A DNA stretch of 32,000 nt, from positions 390,001 to 422,000 of the forward strand of contig OZ245819.1 in NCBI GenBank assembly GCA_965228485.1, written 5' to 3'. This document shows, one piece after another, positions 9,500-15,868 of this stretch. This DNA is from Candidatus Saccharimonadota bacterium. GTDB taxonomy: Bacteria > Patescibacteriota > Gracilibacteria > UBA4473. The position numbers were made by a program, and so were the translations under genes. Every line of letters begins with the position of its first letter. The stretch's first letter is position 1. The notes under the pieces are model-generated. The model worked only from the letters and a program-made list of their open reading frames with translations, searched no databases and was not told where the DNA came from.

Positions 9500-9758
9500 A
9501 ACAACGAATTATACCTTGGTTTACCTTCAGAACATGTTTCCCCTTCACTACTTGCATCGTTCCAATACGGCTTCCGCATTTCGGACAAAATGTATCCGTT
9601 CCGACAGAATCAGTTTTTAATTGTGGAAGTATCCCAACTTTATCTTCAATAACTCTATCTGGATGGATTTTTCTTAAACGACCACTGCCTCCTTTCTTGT
9701 AGTGTAATAGTAATGTGCCACAAGCACACTCTACTGCCAGGTTTTTGAAACGGACCAT
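9498..9758 (-). CDS. Small zinc-ribbon-like protein (86 aa), function unknown
   Basis: Cys pairs CAC (aa 11-13) and CPKCG (aa 58-61) with basic surroundings. No family assigned. Confidence 0.5.
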   Translation of the reverse strand: MVRFKNLAVECACGTLLLHYKKGGSGRLRKIHPDRVIEDKVGILPQLKTDSVGTDTFCPKCGSRIGTMQVVKGKHVLKVNQGIIRC

Positions 9759-9873
9759 TCTTTTATTTTAGGCTCAACAAGGACATATTAGAGATTTACT
9801 ACAAAAAAATAAATAAGCGCTTGACTAGAGGTTGTGTTTTGCTTAATCTGCCGCGGCTTATATTGATTTTTAC

Positions 9874-10212
9874 ATGCCTATTATTAAATCAGCACAGAAA
9901 CGAGTGCGAGTAGAGTCTCGCCGAAGAAAACGAAATCTTGTTACTAAAGATAGATACCGAGCGCTTATTAAAGAATTTACAACTCTTGTTGAAGCCGGAA
10001 AAGGAGCAGAAGCTGCAAAACTATTTCCACAGGTTCAAAAAGCCATTGATATGGCTGTTAAGAAAAACCAACTGCATCAAAATACTGCTGCAAGAAAGAA
10101 ATCAAGTCTTGCAAAAATGATCGCAAAAGAAACAGCTCCAGCTAAAGCAGCACCTAAAAAACCAGCCGCTAAAAAAGCTCCAGCAAAAAAAACTACGAAG
10201 AAGGCTGAGTAG
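9874..10212 (+). CDS. rpsT: 30S ribosomal protein S20 with Lys/Ala/Pro-rich C-terminal extension
   Basis: N-terminus MPIIKSAQKRVRVESRRRKRN is the S20 signature. The C-terminal tail is APAKAAPKKPAAKKAPAKKTTKKAE. Confidence 0.9.
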   Translation: MPIIKSAQKRVRVESRRRKRNLVTKDRYRALIKEFTTLVEAGKGAEAAKLFPQVQKAIDMAVKKNQLHQNTAARKKSSLAKMIAKETAPAKAAPKKPAAKKAPAKKTTKKAE

Positions 10213-10236
10213 TTAATTAAAAAAAATTTATTTTCT

Positions 10237-10265
10237 AAACAGGTCTATTACAGACCTGTTTTTTT
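10237..10265. terminator. Bidirectional terminator shared by rpsT and lspA (overlaps the lspA 3' end)
   Basis: AAACAGGTCT (10237-10246), loop attac, AGACCTGTTT (10252-10261), then a T run to 10265. An A-rich run lies upstream for the opposite strand. Confidence 0.6.
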
Positions 10266-10718
10266 ATGCCTTAATTCTGCGATTAAAAAACAAACGACTC
10301 CCAATGAGATCCAGGTATCGGCTAGATTGAATATAGGGAAAGACCAGAATGATAAAAAGTCAGTAACCGCCCCATAAAGTAAGCGATCAATTAAATTCCC
10401 AGCTGCTCCAGCGGCAATAAGAACATAGGCCCAACTAAGCCACAGAGATAATTTTTGAGTAATAAACTGATGTCCCAAAAATATAATTACCGCTATGGCC
10501 AAAGTAATGGTCAATAGTTCTGGCACAGGAAGAGAAAAGGCCACCCCAGTATTTTCAACAAAAACTAACCGAAAGAATGAAGTGATCTCAATAGGTTCTT
10601 CTAAGTATTTTCGAACAAAAAATTTACTCAATTGATCAAAAATAAAAAAATCACAAAAGACCGCTCCAATAAAGTATTTTTGCGTCCAAAATTTTTGTGT
10701 TGTTTGTTGAGTATTCAT
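10248..10718 (-). CDS. lspA: Lipoprotein signal peptidase (signal peptidase II)
   Basis: Motifs NTGVAFS, GNLIDRLLYG, VTDFLSF and FNLADTWIS, with four TM segments. Confidence 0.9.
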   Translation of the reverse strand: MNTQQTTQKFWTQKYFIGAVFCDFFIFDQLSKFFVRKYLEEPIEITSFFRLVFVENTGVAFSLPVPELLTITLAIAVIIFLGHQFITQKLSLWLSWAYVLIAAGAAGNLIDRLLYGAVTDFLSFWSFPIFNLADTWISLGVVCFLIAELRHKKTGL

Positions 10719-11317
10719 TAGTCTTTGTGTTTTTTAATAAGCCAAAACTTGGTGATGTAATCGTGGTTTGTTGGGACGTCAGAATAAACTACGTCCACTG
10801 GATATAAAGCCTGGCATCCCAAAGGGCCAATCGCCACAGAGTTTTCTGGATATCCCCCTTCTGATAGTTTTTTTACAGATTCAGCGGTATCAATCTCAGG
10901 GATAAGCTCAACAGATTCTCCATAATACTCTTTAAGAAACGATTCATGAATCTTTAAAGCCTGAAGATGAGAACAAACTTTTACAGGCTTAGATTTATCA
11001 ATAGTGCCTACTTTAAATAGCGCATGATCAAGAAACAGCCCCACTTCATCAACAATCTCTACTGAAAGATAGCCGTATTTTTCCAAAGCTTCTAGCGTTT
11101 CCTTCACCAAAAGAGTCTTGGATCGAAAGGCAAATACCCCATAATCAATTTCTTCATTGATAACAGCAGAAACTACTGGGTCAGAATTCATCAAATAAAC
11201 AAACTCTATATCAGCATCATGCCAACCTTGTCTCAAAATAAAATTCTGAGCTGCTCGCTCGTTACTACTCCCCTTTCCTCCTTGGATTCCAATTTTAATT
11301 TTATCCATATTGCGCAC
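10718..11317 (-). CDS. Prephenate dehydratase (PDT)-domain protein lacking the ACT regulatory domain
   Basis: 199 aa. N-terminal IGIQGGKGSSNERAA resembles the PDT start (IAYQGxxGAFSExAA). The C-terminal NHDYITKFWLI corresponds to the NxTRFxVI motif, with TKF in place of TRF. No sequence remains for an ACT domain. The start is either 11317 or the MDK codon at 11308, and either overlaps the upstream gene's end. Confidence 0.65.
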   Translation of the reverse strand: MRNMDKIKIGIQGGKGSSNERAAQNFILRQGWHDADIEFVYLMNSDPVVSAVINEEIDYGVFAFRSKTLLVKETLEALEKYGYLSVEIVDEVGLFLDHALFKVGTIDKSKPVKVCSHLQALKIHESFLKEYYGESVELIPEIDTAESVKKLSEGGYPENSVAIGPLGCQALYPVDVVYSDVPTNHDYITKFWLIKKHKD

Positions 11318-12386
11318 ATTTTAATAAAATTGCTCGTTTTGCCAAAAGCTCTTTCCATTCTTCTTCAGGATCAGACTCAACGGTTATACCCGCTCCCACA
11401 GGAAAATGATAGTTTCCATTAACATCAATAAATAAAGTCCTGATAAGGATATTAAAGAGCCCCTCATTGTTTTGCTTCACTCCAAAAGTTCCCGTAAAAA
11501 ATTTTCGATCAAAATCTTCGGCTCCTTCAATCAACTCTATCACTCTTTTTTTAGGGGCCCCACTAATAGAGCCTGCTGGTAATAATGCTTTATATTGGTT
11601 TAAATCCAAGGGCCTTGGTAATTCCCCCTCTATGAGAGATCGAGCGTGATAAAACCCTGATTCTTTTCTCAAAAATCTTTCATCGCGCACTAGTACTCTC
11701 TCACAGATTTTCCCCAGATCGTTTCTCATAAGGTCGGTTACCATCGCCAGCTCTGATATTTCTTTTTGGGAAGATTCTAAATAGGATTTTGTTCCTGTTC
11801 CTTTGATTGGGAAAGTACTCAAAACACTTTCTTTTTGATGACAAAAAATCTCAGGAGAAAATGAACAAAATTTTTGTTCTTTTGTAAGCCAAACACCTCC
11901 ACAATGAGTCTTATTGAGTTTTAAAAAATTCCAAAACAAACTCAAAAACACTTCTACATTTGATATTTCCTCATCGATAGATACTCCAAAATCCTCTGCC
12001 AAATTAACAACCCAAGCCTCCCCTGACTGTTGAGCACTTTGCAGTTTTTTTACTTTAGATAAAAAATTATCTTCTTGTTTAGAGTTTTCTAGAAAAGATA
12101 ATTCCAAATCTACGAAGTTTGGAAGCATGGCCTCTTGTAAGGTTGTATCTGAATCATAAAAATGCTCAAAAGTGAGGCTATGAATATTCTTGCCAAGAAA
12201 ATCTGCACAACTAAAAACTGGTGATGAGTGTTCAAAATCAACTACGGTCTTTTGTCCAAAACCAAAATACCACTTCTTTCCTACAAGTGGGTCATTACAA
12301 GAAAAAAACACCCCTTCCTCCCCTTCTCTAATAGCCCTTGCAAAGGTAAGGAAAGCTTTTTGATGTTGAGTATACTCGTGGGTCAT
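11301..12386 (-). CDS. pabB: Chorismate-utilising enzyme, aminodeoxychorismate synthase component I-like (short form)
   Basis: Chorismate-binding domain motifs SPEIF, FPIKGTG (the Lys-containing PIKGT of PabB type), MVTDLMRNDLG, LPAGSISGAPKKRVIELIEGAE, FFTGTFG, LIRT and GAGITVESDPEEEWKE. Only 361 aa. The TAATG overlap with the rnc stop indicates translational coupling. Confidence 0.7.
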   Translation of the reverse strand: MTHEYTQHQKAFLTFARAIREGEEGVFFSCNDPLVGKKWYFGFGQKTVVDFEHSSPVFSCADFLGKNIHSLTFEHFYDSDTTLQEAMLPNFVDLELSFLENSKQEDNFLSKVKKLQSAQQSGEAWVVNLAEDFGVSIDEEISNVEVFLSLFWNFLKLNKTHCGGVWLTKEQKFCSFSPEIFCHQKESVLSTFPIKGTGTKSYLESSQKEISELAMVTDLMRNDLGKICERVLVRDERFLRKESGFYHARSLIEGELPRPLDLNQYKALLPAGSISGAPKKRVIELIEGAEDFDRKFFTGTFGVKQNNEGLFNILIRTLFIDVNGNYHFPVGAGITVESDPEEEWKELLAKRAILLKCAQYG

Positions 12387-13102
12387 TACTTACGTTCAAA
12401 CTGACTTTCCCAGGTTGGTTGCTGAGAGAGGGCCGCTGTTGCGGCCTGAATTTGGGCTTCTTTCTTTGATCGCCCTGTCCCTGATCCTACTTTCTTCCCA
12501 TCGAGTAGAACCGCCATATCAAATTCTTTTTCGTGGTCTTTCCCTCTTTCAGAAACGACTTCGTAACTTGGAGTAATCCCAAATACCCCTTGAGTTATCT
12601 CCTGCAAACGAGTTTTAGCATCAATGTGTGCCCCTTCTTGGAGAATATCATCAAGCTCTGTAAGGATATAATCTTCTATAAAGTTTTTTGTAACCTCCAT
12701 TCCAGAAGTTAAATACAAGGCTCCAATAAAAGCCTCCACCGCATTTGCTAAAAGATAATCTTTAGCACGCCCCCCAGAACGTTCTTCTCCTTTTGAAAGA
12801 ATCAGATAATCACCAAAACCAACTTTTTTTGCTACTTTTGCTAAATTTTCACGCTTAACTAGTGCTGAGCGGTAATTAGTAAGCTCTCCTTCTGGGAGGT
12901 CAAACTTTTTAAATAAAAACTCCGTCGTCACCAATTCTAAAACTGCATCCCCCAGAAATTCCAGTCTCTCATTATTCTTTTCTGTTTGATCATCACCAAC
13001 CGATGATCGATGAGTAAAAGCCTCTTTAAATAAAGCTGGATTTGAATTTAAGACTTCTCCATCCAGTTGTAAACGCTCAAATAACACCGCTAAATTTCCC
13101 AT
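12386..13102 (-). CDS. rnc: Ribonuclease III
   Basis: RNase III signature NERLEFLGDAVLELV, a second catalytic segment (ANAVEAFIGALY) and a C-terminal dsRBD (GSGTGRSKKEAQIQAATAAL). Confidence 0.92.
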   Translation of the reverse strand: MGNLAVLFERLQLDGEVLNSNPALFKEAFTHRSSVGDDQTEKNNERLEFLGDAVLELVTTEFLFKKFDLPEGELTNYRSALVKRENLAKVAKKVGFGDYLILSKGEERSGGRAKDYLLANAVEAFIGALYLTSGMEVTKNFIEDYILTELDDILQEGAHIDAKTRLQEITQGVFGITPSYEVVSERGKDHEKEFDMAVLLDGKKVGSGTGRSKKEAQIQAATAALSQQPTWESQFERK

Positions 13103-13135
13103 CAGTATAAATCAATTCAGAAGCATTGTAACTAT

Positions 13136-13567
13136 TTACTTAGTCCGCTCAAGCCCGAGACTTTTTCGATAGCTATCAAGTACCCCATTTACAAATGCTG
13201 GAGATTTATCTTCCCCATATTCTTTGGCTAGTTCAATATACTCATTAATTACTACTACTGGAGGAGTCTCCATAAATTTCATCTCATTTACTCCCAAAAT
13301 TAGTAACGCCCTATTTATTGGTGCAATCTTTTCGAAAGTAAACTCTGGAGCAAAAGCCCTGATGATGAGTTTGATCTTTGCCATATTTTCTACCGCAGAA
13401 GAAACAATATCCCATGCAAAATCATCAGAAATTTCCTGTGGATCAATTTCTTCTGTAATCTCCCTAAAACAGTCTTCTAAAGACTTTCCTGGTCTTTCCA
13501 GGCAATAAAAAAGCGCCTTCAAAGCTACTGAACGAGCCTGCCGACGCTGAATTCTTTTTTCACTCAT
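13136..13567 (-). CDS. nusB: Transcription antitermination factor NusB
   Basis: MSEKRIQRRQARSVALKALF..., NRALLILGVNEM and VVINEYIELAK...FVNGVLD. The track start (TTG 13609) overlaps rpmF. ATG 13567 gives the canonical NusB N-terminus, but the start is uncertain. Confidence 0.85.
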   Translation of the reverse strand: MSEKRIQRRQARSVALKALFYCLERPGKSLEDCFREITEEIDPQEISDDFAWDIVSSAVENMAKIKLIIRAFAPEFTFEKIAPINRALLILGVNEMKFMETPPVVVINEYIELAKEYGEDKSPAFVNGVLDSYRKSLGLERTK

Positions 13568-13598
13568 AAGGTTTTCAATTGGAGGTATTCTCCAAAAA

Positions 13599-13835
13599 TT
13601 AAGCTTCAATAGTAGTAGCCGCTGCTTCTCTTGCTACATTGAGAACCTGTCGTCCTCGGTAGAAACCACAAGCTTCACAAGCATAGTGAGTTCTTCTCAT
13701 TGCTCCACAGTTACTACATTTTGTTAACTGAATTTTTTCGCTCAATTTTTTTCTTTGAGTATAAGCGTATTTACTATGACGTGATTTCGTTGAGGAAACC
13801 GCTTGTTTTTTCTTTGGTACAGGTTTTTTAGACAT
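13599..13835 (-). CDS. rpmF: 50S ribosomal protein L32
   Basis: Basic N-terminus with a PKKK motif and the zinc ribbon CSNCG...CEACGFYRGRQV typical of L32. Confidence 0.85.
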   Translation of the reverse strand: MSKKPVPKKKQAVSSTKSRHSKYAYTQRKKLSEKIQLTKCSNCGAMRRTHYACEACGFYRGRQVLNVAREAAATTIEA

Positions 13836-13872
13836 GAGTGATAAAGTTTAAAAAAATATTTAGTGTCCTCTT

Positions 13873-15057
13873 CTAGAGGGTAATTTTTTTGTTTTTTGCA
13901 ATCTGCAACATCAAAAAGTACATGAAAGACACCGAAATCGGCGCCAAAATAAAGAAACTAAAAATAAAATCAAGTAAAGTACTCAGGATGCTCGCCGCTT
14001 CTGGGAGCGTCCCCATATCAGCCATGATACCAGGTACATTTAGTAACATTTGGATAGCTGATACCAAAAGGAAAAATACAACCGCTGCAACAAACACTCT
14101 CCACCAATTTCCTTTCACTAAAGATAGTGTCTTATGGAAACAATTTCGAGATGTATCATCTGATTCAATTAATACTCCTTGGTAAAATAAGGCATTAAAA
14201 GATCTGTAAATAGTCATAATCCCGATTCCAATCCCTCCAATAACAAGTACTGGAATACTAACAACCTCTACGAGCATACCTACATCGGTTAATACTCCGA
14301 TGATTAAAGCAATTAAACCAAACAGTAAGGTTGGCCACATGATGTACCAAAAAACGATAAGCCCAAGCCAAAGATATCTCCAAAAGAATGCCCAGGAATC
14401 CTTGAAGTAAATAGCCAAAGGATTCCGATTTTCTCCACTAATATAATTCTTCACTACGAGGAAATTAGAAACTTTCCCCAGTACACTTACGACAATCATG
14501 AGGTTAAAGAAGATAAAAATACTAATCGCTAGCGCTACTTTGCTAGACATATCAATCCCTCCTCCAAACTGAATATTGGCTAAAACATTCTCAAGGGCAG
14601 CAAAACCTCCTACACTCAAAATGAAAACCGCTCCAGAGAGAATTACACTGGCGAAAATAAGAAGTAAGCTTGTAACGTTTACAAGTCCGACTCTCCACCA
14701 AAGCTTTGGGAAAGCTTGCAAAGCCCCCTTCACAACATTTTCCCAATCCATATAAGAAAGCGCTGATTGGCTTGCTGCTGTTTTAGTTGGAACTATTTTT
14801 TTCGCTTTTGATTTAGCCGCTGTTTTTGTTGTCGTCTTTTTAACAGCTGGCTTTTTAGCTGCAGTCTTTTTTACTGCTGGCTTTCGAGTTGTTGCCTTCT
14901 TGGTTGTGGTCGCTCGTTTTGTAGTCGTCTTCTTCGCAGTTTTCTTAGCCGAAGCTGAAGCCTTCGTGGCTTTTGCTTTCGTTGTTGTTTTTGCCGCCAC
15001 CTTTTTAGGTGCAGCTTTTTTACTTTTTGCGGCAGTGGTACGTTTTTTTTCGGCCAT
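13873..15057 (-). CDS. Polytopic membrane protein with about 100-aa Lys/Ala/Thr-rich (histone H1-like) N-terminal tail
   Basis: aa 1-100 is low complexity (AKKTTTKRATTTKKATTRKPAVKKTAAKKPAVKKTTTK...). The rest contains about six hydrophobic helices (e.g. FWRYLWLGLIVFWYIMWPTLLFGLIALIIGVL). No enzymatic motif seen. Confidence 0.7.
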   Translation of the reverse strand: MAEKKRTTAAKSKKAAPKKVAAKTTTKAKATKASASAKKTAKKTTTKRATTTKKATTRKPAVKKTAAKKPAVKKTTTKTAAKSKAKKIVPTKTAASQSALSYMDWENVVKGALQAFPKLWWRVGLVNVTSLLLIFASVILSGAVFILSVGGFAALENVLANIQFGGGIDMSSKVALAISIFIFFNLMIVVSVLGKVSNFLVVKNYISGENRNPLAIYFKDSWAFFWRYLWLGLIVFWYIMWPTLLFGLIALIIGVLTDVGMLVEVVSIPVLVIGGIGIGIMTIYRSFNALFYQGVLIESDDTSRNCFHKTLSLVKGNWWRVFVAAVVFFLLVSAIQMLLNVPGIMADMGTLPEAASILSTLLDFIFSFFILAPISVSFMYFLMLQIAKNKKITL

Positions 15058-15081
15058 GAGGAAGAAGTTTTAGAAAATAGA

Positions 15082-15336
15082 CTATTTTTTAGCTTGAGCT
15101 CGTTCCATTTTAGCTCGGAACTTGTCAACTCGTCCAGATGTATCGATCAGACTTTGTTTTCCTGTGTAGAAAGGATGTGAAGCAGAACTCACATCAACAC
15201 GAATAACGTAATAAGTTACACCGTTATGATCTTCTGTTTCTTCAGAGGTCATGGTTGACTGCATGAAGAAGTCTTTTCCTGCATTTGCATCTCGGAAAAT
15301 AACTGGGTGAACTTGTGGATGAATATCAGCTTTCAT
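15082..15336 (-). CDS. rpmE: 50S ribosomal protein L31, type B (Cys-less, zinc-independent form)
   Basis: MKADIHPQ...VDVSSASHPFYTGKQ...GRVDKF. It lacks the CxxC pairs of type A L31. Confidence 0.9.
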   Translation of the reverse strand: MKADIHPQVHPVIFRDANAGKDFFMQSTMTSEETEDHNGVTYYVIRVDVSSASHPFYTGKQSLIDTSGRVDKFRAKMERAQAKK

Positions 15337-15493
15337 AGTTTTTGTTAAATTATAAACATAAAAATCCCGCAGAATATAGAATTTTAAAGGTCTAAGTCAA
15401 GAAAATTTATCATGTCAATGTGTAAAAAAACAAACTTTCGAAAAAATCGAAATTAAGATAGCATTCAGAAGAAATAATTTATGAGTAAAAAAC

Positions 15494-15868
15494 ATGGAAT
15501 TCATTGAAACAAACAACGCTCCTGCAGCCATTGGCCCATATAGTCAAGGAATCATTTTTGGAGGCTTTATTTTCTTTTCTGGACAAATCGCTTTGACCCC
15601 AGAAGGAAATTTTTTAGATGGAGATATCGAAACTCAAACGAAACAAATATTTAAAAACATTGAAGCGCTTCTTAGAGCTGCAAATGTTCAAAAAACAGAC
15701 GTGGTAAAAACTACTATATTTTTGAAAGATATGAACGACTTCGACCAAGTAAACCGAATGTATGCTAATTTTTTCGAAAATCATAAACCTGCTCGATCTT
15801 GTGTTGGGATCTCAGAACTCCCAAAAGGCGCCCGAATTGAAATCGAAGTAATTGCTAAAAAACTTTAA
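15494..15868 (+). CDS. ridA: RidA/YjgF/TdcF-family reactive enamine/imine deaminase
   Basis: 124 aa with NAPAAIGPYSQG, TTIFLKDMNDFDQVNRMY, PARSCVGISELPKGARIEIEVIA. Confidence 0.9.
   Translation: MEFIETNNAPAAIGPYSQGIIFGGFIFFSGQIALTPEGNFLDGDIETQTKQIFKNIEALLRAANVQKTDVVKTTIFLKDMNDFDQVNRMYANFFENHKPARSCVGISELPKGARIEIEVIAKKL

Noticed and set aside
14871-15128. 85-aa Arg/Lys/Gln-rich ORF overlapping the start of the membrane protein and the rpmE 3' region.
   Set aside because: It is an alternate frame of the repetitive Lys/Ala-coding DNA. It spans an intergenic gap and has no independent support.
15437-15451. Palindrome TTCGAAAAAATCGAA in the rpmE-ridA divergent spacer, considered as a possible operator.
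   Set aside because: It is a short AT-rich palindrome with only 5-bp arms, which is expected by chance in AT-rich intergenic DNA.
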